From positions 47,217 through 111,216 of the forward strand of contig CBFHOE010000006.1 of the NCBI GenBank assembly GCA_965657355.1: a stretch of DNA of 64,000 bases, written 5' to 3'. Shown here piece by piece: positions 38,785 to 49,098 of this stretch. The DNA is from Limisphaerales bacterium. GTDB lineage: Bacteria > Verrucomicrobiota > Verrucomicrobiia > Limisphaerales > JAJOIW01. The position numbers and the translations under genes are program-made. A model generated the notes under the pieces. The model was not told where the DNA came from. It saw only the letters and a program-made list of their open reading frames with translations, and did not search any database. How positions within the stretch are numbered: the first letter of the stretch is position 1; each line of letters begins with the position of its first letter.

Positions 38785-39561
38785 TTATGACCAAACTTTC
38801 CATGGCGGGTTAACAGAAGCCCAGTGATTCTCAAGAACATTCTTATCCCTTAAAGTATCCATACATTGCCAAAAATCTTCGTGACGATAGGCACTTAATT
38901 GATCGTCTTTGGCAAGCTCCATCATGGGCTCGCGCTCAAATACTGTGAAATCTCCTTCGATGTAATCAAAAACTTTGGGCTCCAAGACAAAGAAACCGCC
39001 GTTGATCCATGCTCCATCTCCTTTTGGTTTTTCCTTAAACTGGTCAACTTTTGATTCCCCTTCCCTTAATGAAAAAGCCCCGAACCGGCCGTCTGGCTGA
39101 ACAGCGGTTAAAGTGGCAATTCTTCCCTCGGTTTTATGAAACTCTATCAGCTTTGAAATATTCACGTTGGAAACACCGTCTCCATATGTCATACAAAAGG
39201 TTTCACCTTCAAGGTAGTCTTTTACCCTCAATAATCTTCCACCAGTCATTGAATCCGTTCCAGTATCAACCAGAGTGACTCTCCAAGGCTCCGCCGTATT
39301 TTGGTGGGTTTGCATGGCTCCAGTTTGAAGATCAAAAGTCACATCAGAATTTGAAAGCGCATAGTCTGCAAAGAACTTTTTAATTAATTCACCTTTATAT
39401 CCACAACAGATGACAAAGTCATTGATCCCGTAGTAAGAGTATATCTTCATAATATGCCAAAGAATTGGCTGTGGACCAACGTGGATCATTGGTTTGGGCT
39501 TGATAGTACTTTCCTCACTGATACGTGTTCCAAAACCACCAGCTAATATAACCGCTTTCAC
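38785..39561 (-). CDS. rfbF: Glucose-1-phosphate cytidylyltransferase
   Basis: '[12 protein letters not shown]...KPKPM', 'DTG..MTGGRL', 'TYGDG' and '[10 protein letters not shown]'. Confidence 0.95.
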   Translation of the reverse strand: MKAVILAGGFGTRISEESTIKPKPMIHVGPQPILWHIMKIYSYYGINDFVICCGYKGELIKKFFADYALSNSDVTFDLQTGAMQTHQNTAEPWRVTLVDTGTDSMTGGRLLRVKDYLEGETFCMTYGDGVSNVNISKLIEFHKTEGRIATLTAVQPDGRFGAFSLREGESKVDQFKEKPKGDGAWINGGFFVLEPKVFDYIEGDFTVFEREPMMELAKDDQLSAYRHEDFWQCMDTLRDKNVLENHWASVNPPWKVWS

Positions 39562-39642
39562 TTTTATTTCTTATGGGTGACTATTTGTTTGAGTTTGTTA
39601 ATTGGACTATTCTTAAAAACACATATAAAGGCGGCAAACCGA

Positions 39643-40851
39643 TCAATATGCAGAAGTCAAAATTTCTAAAAGATTTTCCTTGGTCGCTTTACGAGGGTTA
39701 AGTTGCATTAAACGGTCAATAGTCGAGGTCTTCTCGGCGAATCCTTCAAGCTCTGATTGATCTATTCCGAATTCCCTCAGCCTCATTGGGATTCCAGTAG
39801 TCTTTTTCAATTCCGAAACTTTTTCAATGGCAGACTTTGAGGCCATTTCAAGATCCATTCCAGTAGTGTGAACGCCAAGCCAATTGGCAATATTGGCCAT
39901 TTCCTTTTCCCTTTCAGGCCTGTTAAATTCCATCATAAATGGAAGCAGTAATGCGTTTCCAGCTCCATGTGAGCAGTAATGCGCCCCCCCGATGGGGTAT
40001 TCCAATCCATGTACGAGAGCAACACCAGCATTTGAAAATGCCAAGCCGGCGAGTGTTGCCGCCAAGCTCATTGCACTTTTTGCATCCATATCATCAGGAT
40101 TATGAACGGCATTTTCAATGTGACTCCCAATAAGTCGTATCGCTTTTTCTGCGAAGATATCTGCCATTGGATTTTTACCGTCATAGGGCATTTCGACGTC
40201 GTCAGGAACTGGCATGTCATAATAATGAACGTTTGTATAAGCCTCGATCGCGTGCGTAAGAGCATCCATCCCGCTTTCAGCGGTGACGTGTTTTGGGCAG
40301 CTAATAGTTAATTCAGGATCCACCAAAGCAATTTCAGGCCGAAAGAAAGGAGATAATGTACTAACCTTTAGGTTCTGGTTATTATCCGTCAGGACAGCTG
40401 CATGAGTCACCTCGCTTCCCGTACCGGATGTCGTTGGAATACACACTGTTGGGATAGTCGGCCCCGGGACCTTTCCAAATCCAAAATAATCTTCAGGAGA
40501 GCCATCAAAAGTCACACCGCATGAAACGATCTTGGCTAGATCCATATTACTTCCTCCGCCTAATCCAACGATAACATCAGGTACAAAGTGTTGGGCTTGC
40601 TCAATGCATTCAATGGCCAAATCTACCGAAGGTTCCGCAACGCCTCCCAAAAAGAGTCTCACATTAGTTCCTGAATCACATACTGATTTGGAAAGCGAGC
40701 TCACATGGCCTGCGGAATCAATTTGGGGATCAGAGACAACGAATATATTTCTCCAGCCTCTTTTTGCACAAATAGAACCGAGCCTGGAAATACCACCACG
40801 CCCAAAAATAATTCTGTTGGATGAATAAAAATTCCAGAAATCTCTCATCAA
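39643..40851 (-). CDS. Iron-containing alcohol dehydrogenase
   Basis: GGGSNMD, 'PTTSGTGSEVT', 'DALTHAIE' and the His ligands in 'VHGLEY...SHG'. Confidence 0.92.
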   Translation of the reverse strand: MMRDFWNFYSSNRIIFGRGGISRLGSICAKRGWRNIFVVSDPQIDSAGHVSSLSKSVCDSGTNVRLFLGGVAEPSVDLAIECIEQAQHFVPDVIVGLGGGSNMDLAKIVSCGVTFDGSPEDYFGFGKVPGPTIPTVCIPTTSGTGSEVTHAAVLTDNNQNLKVSTLSPFFRPEIALVDPELTISCPKHVTAESGMDALTHAIEAYTNVHYYDMPVPDDVEMPYDGKNPMADIFAEKAIRLIGSHIENAVHNPDDMDAKSAMSLAATLAGLAFSNAGVALVHGLEYPIGGAHYCSHGAGNALLLPFMMEFNRPEREKEMANIANWLGVHTTGMDLEMASKSAIEKVSELKKTTGIPMRLREFGIDQSELEGFAEKTSTIDRLMQLNPRKATKENLLEILTSAY

Positions 40852-40863
40852 TTTGAAATCCGT

Positions 40864-42336
40864 TTACTTTCGTTTTTGAGCAAATTTCATTGTCCAAAAT
40901 TCGGACTTGTTATGGGCCTGATCCATCAAATGAACCATACGTACGACCTTACCAAGATGGCTGGCAGCTATATTATTTGCCTCTCCTAAATCATTTGAGA
41001 GATTATAGAGTTCCACATTCCCAGTATTTAGGCGAATGGCTTTCCAATCACCTTGGCGAATAGCCTGGCGGTGACTGCCAGAATAAAATTCCCAATAAAG
41101 ATAATCATGAGCCTCCTGGGTTCCTGAACTAAGCAGAGTTGGAAGGAACGAAATGGAATCTAATCCCTCTGGTGTTTTCTGACTGCTTAATTCAGCAGCA
41201 GTAGCCATAAGATCACCGAAGTATCCGATATGATTACTTGATGAACCTGGTTTTATTTTACCTGGCCACCATGCGATTGTTGGCACTCGAATTCCACCTT
41301 CAGTTAAGTTTCTTTTTATTCCCTTGAGAGGGCCATTAGAATTGTTGAAGTCTGGGTTATTTCCACCTTCACGATGTGGCCCGTTATCACTGGTAAAAAT
41401 CACCAATGTTTTTTCAGCGATACCGGATGCCTTAATAGTTTCGATTAGTCGCCCAATGTCAGAATCCATGAGGGAAATCATAGCCGCGTGCCCTTTTTGA
41501 GGTTCCGGCCAATCTTTTTCCTCGTAGATCCCATAACTTGGGATCTCCATCCCTTTACGCCCTCCTTCATTATTCGCATGAGGGATAGTTATCGAATAAT
41601 AAAGAAAGAATGGCTTGGACTTATTTTCTTCAACAAAGTTGATAGCGTCATTAGCAAATAAATCATGACTATAATGAACCCTTCCGGTTGCATACCCAGC
41701 ACCATCCAAACGTTCATTCTCAACAATATTCCCTTCTAAATAAACTCTTTGGTCATTTCGAAATAAATATTCCGGGTAAAAATTATGCGCATGTCTTTGG
41801 CATAGATACCCAAAAAAATAATCAAATCCCTGTTTATTTGGAGCGCCTTCTGAGCCAGGCCCACCCAGTCCCCATTTGCCAATCAGTCCAGTAGAATAAC
41901 CTGCTGATTTTAAAAGTTCCGCCACGGTTAAGGTAGCGTCAGGCAGGGGCCATTGCCCCATTGGTTTCACTTCCCTATTTCCTCGTATGTAGGCATGGCC
42001 GGTATGTTTACCAGTCATAAGCACGCATCGCGATGGAGCACAAACAGTCGACCCAGCATAGAAATCGGTAAGTTTCATTCCTTCGTCTGCAAGTCTATCC
42101 AAATGAGGCGTCCGGATTTCTTTCTGGCCGAAACTCCCTAAGTCACCGTATCCCAAGTCATCTGCCATGATCCAAATAATATTGGGGTGGTCCATGGTAG
42201 AGGCCGAAGCAGAGGCAGCTCCCCATAGTGAAAGAGTTAAGCTGAGCACAGTTGAACCGAACAACTTTGTTATCAAAGATGGCATGAACCATTTATACCG
42301 GTATTGGGATAGATTTCCAAGACTCAACGAGCCCAA
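40864..42336 (-). CDS. Arylsulfatase-type sulfatase (S1)
   Basis: 'ADDLGYGD', CAPSR, 'GKWGLG', 'SDNG' and 'EGGIRVP'. True start is probably near 42285. Confidence 0.95.
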   Translation of the reverse strand: MGSLSLGNLSQYRYKWFMPSLITKLFGSTVLSLTLSLWGAASASASTMDHPNIIWIMADDLGYGDLGSFGQKEIRTPHLDRLADEGMKLTDFYAGSTVCAPSRCVLMTGKHTGHAYIRGNREVKPMGQWPLPDATLTVAELLKSAGYSTGLIGKWGLGGPGSEGAPNKQGFDYFFGYLCQRHAHNFYPEYLFRNDQRVYLEGNIVENERLDGAGYATGRVHYSHDLFANDAINFVEENKSKPFFLYYSITIPHANNEGGRKGMEIPSYGIYEEKDWPEPQKGHAAMISLMDSDIGRLIETIKASGIAEKTLVIFTSDNGPHREGGNNPDFNNSNGPLKGIKRNLTEGGIRVPTIAWWPGKIKPGSSSNHIGYFGDLMATAAELSSQKTPEGLDSISFLPTLLSSGTQEAHDYLYWEFYSGSHRQAIRQGDWKAIRLNTGNVELYNLSNDLGEANNIAASHLGKVVRMVHLMDQAHNKSEFWTMKFAQKRK

Positions 42337-42488
42337 TAAAATCCGCCAGATTAGTTTTTAAAAAACACCGCCTCGTGCGTTACAGGAATCAATAACGACG
42401 TTTTTTAAACCGACTATGCCGGTGAAGTATTCAAAGTATTTTATGGATAAAGTCCAAATCCGTACTTATTGTTTTTTAAATTAGAATA

Positions 42489-43427
42489 ATGAATCTCAAC
42501 GCTATCGAAGCAGAGAACCTGCATAAGTCGTATGGATCTAAAGAGGCTGTGCGAGGAATTACATTCCAAATTCCAAAAGGATGTGTCTATGGATTCCTTG
42601 GCCCAAATGGAGCGGGTAAAACGACGACTTTGCGAATGCTCATGGACATCATAAGTCCCGATAAAGGATCTATAACAATTCTTGGTTCAAATTCTATCCA
42701 ATTGGTTAGAAATAAAATTGGTTACCTGCCCGAAGAAAAAGGTCTCTATAAAGCCATGACGGCCGAATCATTTATGGCATTTTTAGGAGCTCTAAAAGGC
42801 ATGAAAAAGAATGAAGCCTTGAGAAAGGCCCGGCTATCGCTAGAGAAGTTTGGCATGGGCGAATATTCTCGAACCAAATTAGCAGGGCTCTCGAAAGGGC
42901 AAGGACAAAAAATTCAATTTCTAGCATCCATTTTACATGAGCCGGAGATTGTGATTTTCGATGAACCTTTCTCAGGTTTGGATCCGGTAAACCAGCAAGC
43001 GCTGGAAGAAATGATCATAAGATTATCAAAAGAGGGAAAAACAGTAATATTTTCAACACATGTCATGCAGCATGCTGAGAGGCTATGTGATAAATTTTTA
43101 TTAATTTCATCTGGCGAGAAGATATTTGATGGAAATATTCAAGAAGCGAGACAAATTCTTCAAAAAAGGGCCTTCCTCGTGACTGACGGAAATCCGGGAT
43201 TTCTAAATTCTCATGAAGGCATTCTCTCAGTTATTCCAGATATGTCATCGGCGGATGCGCGAATAAAAACCAATGGAACGAAGTGGGAGATTTGCATGGA
43301 CAAAAATGTCACGCCGCATTCCATTCTTGAATTCTGTTACAAAGAGCAAATCGAAGTAAGCCAGTTCGAGTATGCAGAACCTTCACTTCATGAAATTTTT
43401 GTTCACCTTGTGGAATCGAATACCTAA
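42489..43427 (+). CDS. ABC-2 transporter ATP-binding protein (NatA-like)
   Basis: Walker A GPNGAGKT, signature LSKG, Walker B 'IFDEPFSGLD'. Confidence 0.93.
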   Translation: MNLNAIEAENLHKSYGSKEAVRGITFQIPKGCVYGFLGPNGAGKTTTLRMLMDIISPDKGSITILGSNSIQLVRNKIGYLPEEKGLYKAMTAESFMAFLGALKGMKKNEALRKARLSLEKFGMGEYSRTKLAGLSKGQGQKIQFLASILHEPEIVIFDEPFSGLDPVNQQALEEMIIRLSKEGKTVIFSTHVMQHAERLCDKFLLISSGEKIFDGNIQEARQILQKRAFLVTDGNPGFLNSHEGILSVIPDMSSADARIKTNGTKWEICMDKNVTPHSILEFCYKEQIEVSQFEYAEPSLHEIFVHLVESNT

Positions 43428-43432
43428 GAACA

Positions 43433-44911
43433 ATGAGAAATGCATTACTCATAGCGGCTCGTGAATATATCGAGAATGTAAAAACCAAAGGGTTTTGGAT
43501 ATCGATTCTTGTCTTACCGATTATTTTATCCTTCACAATAGTCGTGCCTCGGTTATTGGAAGACAAGGCTATTCCTACTCGACATTTTGCGGTCATAGAC
43601 CCAAATGATATACTCAAGGATCACATCAAAAGAGCTGTAGATCAAACTCATGCATCAAGAATTTTTTCAGCCCTTCAGGAATATTTAAATGAGCATAGTT
43701 TATCGCATAAATTGGATACTGCCATGTCTAGGCTTGCCCAATGGAATTCCGGCCCACTAGATGAAAGAGAGCCGTTTAACACATCTGAATTTGTGTCAAA
43801 AGAAGCGCCTGAATTTGAATCACCGAGAGAAAAATTTCGTTTAATTGAGTTACCTGATATTGATACCGATGAGAATAAAACAACAAACTCCATTGATGAA
43901 GTAAGGCAATTCTTAAATGGGAAAAAAATCCTTAAAAATAATGGAACGCCAATAGAACTTTTTGCTGCATTCATTATAAAAGAGGAAGAAGGCGGATCAC
44001 AGGGGAAAGTTTCCAAAATAGAATATTGGTCAACAAACCCTAGTGAAGAGTCCATTAAAAATTTAGTAGAGCAAACGGCAAATCTTAGAGCTAGACGTAA
44101 AGCTTTAACGAATCAAGGGCTCAATCCTGACGACATAGAAAAGACTATGCAAATTCGCATTCCTATATTGGAGTTTGATGCCCGTAAAGAACAAGGAAGC
44201 GAAAAAGTACAAATCTCAGATAAAATCAAACAATGGGCACCAAGTGCTTTTGTTTACTTGCTTTTCCTTTCTCTGATGACTGTGATGCAAATGATTCTCA
44301 ACAGTACCATCGAAGAAAAATCAAACCGACTTTTAGAGATTCTTTTATCCTCGGTAAAACCAATTGAAATAATGATAGGAAAATTATTAGGAAATGGATT
44401 AGCCGGCATGACCCTCATTGGTATTTGGATTCTTCTTATGGCAGGATTTACGCTCACTACGATGGATTCAAATTCTGAAGTACTACAAGGCGTGTCTTCG
44501 GTTGTCAGTGGAACAATTCTTCTTCCTGCATTTTTGGTTTACTTTGTCTTAGGCTTTTTAGTCTATTCTGGGATATTTCTAATGATCGGAAGTACGTGCC
44601 AAACAATCAAAGACGCCCAAAGTTATGTAGGGTTTTTAATGGTCATAATGATTGTTCCACTTGTAACAATGGTATTTATTCCCAGAGACCCAAACGGGAC
44701 TTTGGCAACAACATTGTCTTGGGTCCCAATATTTACCCCATTTATCATGCTGAACCGCTTGAGTGGACAACCTCCCATTCACGAAATTATTGGCACCTTT
44801 ATATTTTCCTGTGCGACAATCATGATTATTCTAAACATCGCAGCGAAAGTTTTTAAAAAATCAATCATTGCCAATGGTGCGAGCTCTAGTAAAAGGAATT
44901 CAGATCAATGA
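43433..44911 (+). CDS. ABC-2 transporter permease (NatB-like)
   Basis: 'AREY...KGFWI', a large periplasmic loop, 'IEEKSNRLLEILLSS...GKLLG' and 6 TM segments. Confidence 0.9.
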   Translation: MRNALLIAAREYIENVKTKGFWISILVLPIILSFTIVVPRLLEDKAIPTRHFAVIDPNDILKDHIKRAVDQTHASRIFSALQEYLNEHSLSHKLDTAMSRLAQWNSGPLDEREPFNTSEFVSKEAPEFESPREKFRLIELPDIDTDENKTTNSIDEVRQFLNGKKILKNNGTPIELFAAFIIKEEEGGSQGKVSKIEYWSTNPSEESIKNLVEQTANLRARRKALTNQGLNPDDIEKTMQIRIPILEFDARKEQGSEKVQISDKIKQWAPSAFVYLLFLSLMTVMQMILNSTIEEKSNRLLEILLSSVKPIEIMIGKLLGNGLAGMTLIGIWILLMAGFTLTTMDSNSEVLQGVSSVVSGTILLPAFLVYFVLGFLVYSGIFLMIGSTCQTIKDAQSYVGFLMVIMIVPLVTMVFIPRDPNGTLATTLSWVPIFTPFIMLNRLSGQPPIHEIIGTFIFSCATIMIILNIAAKVFKKSIIANGASSSKRNSDQ

Positions 44912-45034
44912 TACGGTTCATTTTTGACCTTCCATGGCGAGGTATTTAATGATCTTTTCCAAAAAGGGTTTCGGAATTTAAATCAAACTTTCGAGGGGTA
45001 TATGAGTTTAATAATTCAAATTTAAATTTTACGA

Positions 45035-45586
45035 TTGATGCATCACATTAAATTAAACTATTCCAATTTCAAAGGTAGGGTCAGAAAATATGTCTCTGAT
45101 AATGGAAGCGTCGCCAAGGTGGTTTTGCCCACCAATAATCGACGAGGCAAGAATAACTTTGCTCTATTGAGATTAACTGTGGCCACCTGCGATCAGGTCA
45201 TTTTTGAGATTCCTACTCATAGAAAAAAATCATTTTTTTCCGTGCTAAGGGACGAAAGCTCCAAGCTTGAAAACGAACTTTCATCAGAGCCTGATCCTAA
45301 TGAATGGGGCATCTTCGAGGAGCCTTTGCTTCCTATGGGTGATTACAATCCGATAATTCGAAAAGCAAATAAGAATAAAAATTACGCAAACGTGGTGGTA
45401 AAAAAGGACTCGGTTACGCCCACAAAAAATCAGGTTATAGCGTCGGCATCAAGTGAGATAAATTGTCTCAAAAGCGAAGACCAACTCTTGGATCATAGCT
45501 CAGAAAACAAGCAAAAGACCTGTCAAAATTCGATGCGGGGCCAGGGAGGGCTGGTTGGGTTTATGTCTAGAATCTTTAAAAGTTAA
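45035..45586 (+). CDS. Hypothetical protein
   Basis: 183-aa ORF filling the gap. No motif recognised. Confidence 0.45.
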   Translation: MMHHIKLNYSNFKGRVRKYVSDNGSVAKVVLPTNNRRGKNNFALLRLTVATCDQVIFEIPTHRKKSFFSVLRDESSKLENELSSEPDPNEWGIFEEPLLPMGDYNPIIRKANKNKNYANVVVKKDSVTPTKNQVIASASSEINCLKSEDQLLDHSSENKQKTCQNSMRGQGGLVGFMSRIFKS

Positions 45587-45603
45587 AAGCGCCTGTCGTC
45601 AAA

Positions 45604-46971
45604 TTACATTTCCCACTCTGACCAGCTAATAAGTTCAGCCAAAGCGGGTCGCCCATCGTGCCTCCAATGTAATGGGGGGTCTTGCATCTGACCGATGGGA
45701 CAAATGCGTGAGGCACCCCAGTTAGCAATCTGTTTGGCAAGATCATCTGACTCGTCATCGGCAGCACTTAGAGCTACGGTTGAAATTTTCTCTTGGATAG
45801 GAACAGCTCCGTGAAGCGCTTCATCCAACGAACCGACTCCCTTAATGTAAATAAACCTATTTCCACATGACATTTGAAAGCGAATGTCATCTTCATAAAT
45901 GACTGTCCAGTCTGTGCCATCCTGGCTGGCATACAGGACTGTATCTTTTGAAGTCGCAGAGCGAATTTCGTAAAATGATCGTCGTGATCGCATAATCGCA
46001 GATTCTCGCACGCTTAGCGGAGCCCTGGGAAAGACCAGTCTTTGCTTTTCCAACTCTTCGGCCAACATTTCTGCAAATTTTTCTGGAGGGACAATTCCTT
46101 TTTGTTGCACGTAGAATACGTGTGGAGAGAGACACCCGTGTTGGTCCCATCTCATCACGTCTTGAGCTGCAGCACTAACTAACCGCTTTAAACCTAATCC
46201 GCTGATTGATTTTCTGGATATGTAACCGAAACTAACCTTGTGCCCGTAATCCAAAAATTTGGAGGTGTGAGGGACTGCCTCCCCAACATTATCAACTGCT
46301 TTGTCCGATCCAGAAACAGTCACAATATCTGCTTTCTCGTACAATATAGATTCGATATCAGAGCGACCCCCTTTCCATTCTGCAATTTCTAAGCAGGCGC
46401 CTAATTTAGAGTCATGCTGATAGAGGGAATGAGCGAATAAGCGTGGAACGAAACTTGCGCCACTCGCACATTTGATAAATTGTGATGACTTTACCAAAAG
46501 CCCTGTAACCATTGACATGATTGCAGGGACAGGAAGGTTACCTGAAGTGATGTGCGTTATCAGTTGAGGTCCGCGAACAATTGATGATTTATTCTCACGT
46601 GCTTCCATTCTCGTTGATACGAGATTGTCGAGCCTTTCAACATGACCAAACTCCTGGGTTAGCCAAAATTCAAATTTCTCAGGTGTCCACTGAGAAAACA
46701 TCCTATCTAATCCATCAAGGAGGACTTCAATTGAAAACCCGGACTTTTCTGCACCCTCTTCGATAAGTTTTCTCCGAAATGGAAATTCATCATCTTGCCA
46801 ATTCTCAGCTAGGTTACACAGGCTGTGGGCAATTTGGCTTGTCGATCTCGGCTTGAGGTAGCGATCACCATTTTCTTTAAGCCGGTCACAAGCTTCACCG
46901 ACTAATTTCGGTTGAACGCCTATTTCTTCTGGAAGGTCTATGAGAAAAAAGTCTGGTAGATTTAATTCCAT
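45604..46971 (-). CDS. LuxC-like acyl-CoA reductase
   Basis: ALDH-like 'HITSGNLP', 'SGSD', 'YGHKVSF', catalytic 'DQHGCLSPH' and 'GQMQDPP...HDG'. Confidence 0.88.
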   Translation of the reverse strand: MELNLPDFFLIDLPEEIGVQPKLVGEACDRLKENGDRYLKPRSTSQIAHSLCNLAENWQDDEFPFRRKLIEEGAEKSGFSIEVLLDGLDRMFSQWTPEKFEFWLTQEFGHVERLDNLVSTRMEARENKSSIVRGPQLITHITSGNLPVPAIMSMVTGLLVKSSQFIKCASGASFVPRLFAHSLYQHDSKLGACLEIAEWKGGRSDIESILYEKADIVTVSGSDKAVDNVGEAVPHTSKFLDYGHKVSFGYISRKSISGLGLKRLVSAAAQDVMRWDQHGCLSPHVFYVQQKGIVPPEKFAEMLAEELEKQRLVFPRAPLSVRESAIMRSRRSFYEIRSATSKDTVLYASQDGTDWTVIYEDDIRFQMSCGNRFIYIKGVGSLDEALHGAVPIQEKISTVALSAADDESDDLAKQIANWGASRICPIGQMQDPPLHWRHDGRPALAELISWSEWEM

Positions 46972-46974
46972 CTT

Positions 46975-48144
46975 CTATGGGTCTTTGGAAAAAGATAATC
47001 CGGTTTCTGAAAGGGAACAACCTTTTGGTTCGCTCAAATGCGATCTTCCAATAACTTCAAATCCACCGTGCCATTGAGCTCCGATATCCTCAGTTTCAAT
47101 AGCAAAAACCGACCACGTGTTGGCCAAATCGAAAACTTGTATGACACCTGGTTCTCCCAAAGAACTTAACTTTCCGGATTCCGGATTAATGATTCTGACG
47201 CGCATCCATGGGGGGCATACGTACGGATTTGGTGGTGATCCAGGAATTCTATAAGCTTGGCTACTCAATTCACTCATACCATATTCTGTTATAATTTGGT
47301 GACCTTCAACATTAAGAGAATCTGAGATCATTTCGTGCAGCTCATTACGCGAAACTTCGCGGGATTGGCCTTTGTACCCTCCAGTCTCCATAACTAAAGA
47401 ACCTTCAGGAAGGTTGATTTTTGTCTTTCGTTTATGGAGATAATCAGTCAGATGGACATAAGAAAAAGCCGTCCCCATAAAAATGACGGGTTGCTGGATA
47501 ACTGCGCAAGACTCAATAAGAGTATTTATTTTATCTTCACTAATTCTCCAATACCCTTCGTGACCGACATCTGAAATATATTTTATTTTTTCATTGTGAG
47601 GGGAGAGAGTGGCTCCCGCAAGAGTTTGAACCATGTGAGCTAATGAAGAGTTTGGAGCAAGTGATGCCTCAGGTATCATCGAGACGAATATCCCATTCCA
47701 ATTTTTTAGAGAGGCATGTAAAAACAAATTCTCGAACCCTGAAACCAAGGAGCTTTGGTATAATGCTAAGGACTTGTTTGAATGATAATGGTGGCTTCTT
47801 GCCTTACCAGTAGTGCCACTCGAAACAAAAAAATGGGCAACTTCAGATTCATCGAGACACGTTAGTCTGAATTCCTTGAAAGCGCGGATTGGGACAGCGG
47901 GAATGTCATGCCACATTCTTGTTTTTTCCGGTGTTTGATCAAACTTTTCACACCATTTTCTGTAGGGTCTATTTCTATCAAATTGAATTGAGAACAACTC
48001 CAGGGCCATGGTATTGAACCAATCTGTGGAACCGTCCAATACGTCAGGATCGACAGGCCAATCCTTGATATATCCGTGCAGCCTGGAGACAAAGTTCTGT
48101 AATAATTGAGTTGTATCTCTCACATCGATTCTAAACTGGGACAA
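46975..48144 (-). CDS. LuxE-like acyl-protein synthetase
   Basis: 'SSGTTG', 'METGGYKG', 'EYGMSELSSQ', 'DLAN...TEDIG' and C-terminal 'KGCSL'. Confidence 0.88.
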   Translation of the reverse strand: MSQFRIDVRDTTQLLQNFVSRLHGYIKDWPVDPDVLDGSTDWFNTMALELFSIQFDRNRPYRKWCEKFDQTPEKTRMWHDIPAVPIRAFKEFRLTCLDESEVAHFFVSSGTTGKARSHHYHSNKSLALYQSSLVSGFENLFLHASLKNWNGIFVSMIPEASLAPNSSLAHMVQTLAGATLSPHNEKIKYISDVGHEGYWRISEDKINTLIESCAVIQQPVIFMGTAFSYVHLTDYLHKRKTKINLPEGSLVMETGGYKGQSREVSRNELHEMISDSLNVEGHQIITEYGMSELSSQAYRIPGSPPNPYVCPPWMRVRIINPESGKLSSLGEPGVIQVFDLANTWSVFAIETEDIGAQWHGGFEVIGRSHLSEPKGCSLSETGLSFSKDP

Positions 48145-48272
48145 GTTTTAGGATAATTTAATCTTTTATATACCATAGCTTAGTGTATAAATAGCTCATT
48201 CCCAGTTTTTAAATAATTCTGAAAAATATCTATTATTTAATTATATATTCAGAATTTTTATGTTCACAAGCC

Positions 48273-49046
48273 ATGATGATGATATCTACTGTCATTTCAG
48301 CAAAAAGGAATAAGGTCGAGAGAATGAGCCTGGGATTCACTTTGATTGAACTTCTGGTCGTTATCGCCATCATTGCTATTCTTGGAAGCATGTTGTTGCC
48401 TGCTTTGGCAAGCTCGAAAGAAAAAGCCAAAAGAGTGAAGTGTGGAAACAATATTCGGCAATTAACTCTCTCATCGATTATGTATGCGAGTGATAATAAA
48501 GATAACTTCCAACCTGCGGGTTCCCCAAATGCTCCATATTGGGTTGAAAGGAAATTTCGAGATTCCTTAATAAATGGATATGCTATACGAAGGCGTCAAT
48601 TTTATTGCCCTTCAAATCGAGCTTGGGATAGAGACGATTTTTGGAATTGGCCAAACTCACAAAATACAGTTATTGGATATTTTTATTTTGCATCAGATCA
48701 ACGGCTAGAAACGGATTTAAATATTTATCGAGGGTTGGGAAATCCTCGCCCTGCAATAAAGCCAATCTTTCCTCAGAAAACGACAGATAAACCCAACTAC
48801 CCGGTGATCTGGGTCGATCTCAATAGAAGATATTCTAATTCATGGGAAAGGCCAGGAGACCGCACACCTTTATCTAGAGGTGTTAATCATTTTCAATCAA
48901 AGCAAAGAATTCCTGATGGCGGAAATCATGGATTTCTCGATGGACATGTAGATTGGGTCCCGGGGAATCGCTTCATACAAAAGGCGAAAATCAGACTGGG
49001 ATCTACTGAAATTTTCTTTGCCTCATTTAGAGAAGCCAATAGGTAA
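48273..49046 (+). CDS. Prepilin-type N-terminal cleavage/methylation plus H-X9-DG-like protein
   Basis: [17 protein letters not shown], 'KCGNNIRQL', 'FYCPS' and 'NH...[11 protein letters not shown]'. Confidence 0.92.
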   Translation: MMMISTVISAKRNKVERMSLGFTLIELLVVIAIIAILGSMLLPALASSKEKAKRVKCGNNIRQLTLSSIMYASDNKDNFQPAGSPNAPYWVERKFRDSLINGYAIRRRQFYCPSNRAWDRDDFWNWPNSQNTVIGYFYFASDQRLETDLNIYRGLGNPRPAIKPIFPQKTTDKPNYPVIWVDLNRRYSNSWERPGDRTPLSRGVNHFQSKQRIPDGGNHGFLDGHVDWVPGNRFIQKAKIRLGSTEIFFASFREANR

Positions 49047-49098
49047 CAAATCAATAATTTATTTTTCTCAAATTAAGTTGAACAACAAATTCAAAACT

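Noticed and set aside
45604..48144. Bioluminescence (lux) operon
   Set aside because: No luxA, luxB, luxD or luxG in the window. Luciferase-free LuxC/LuxE homologues are common.
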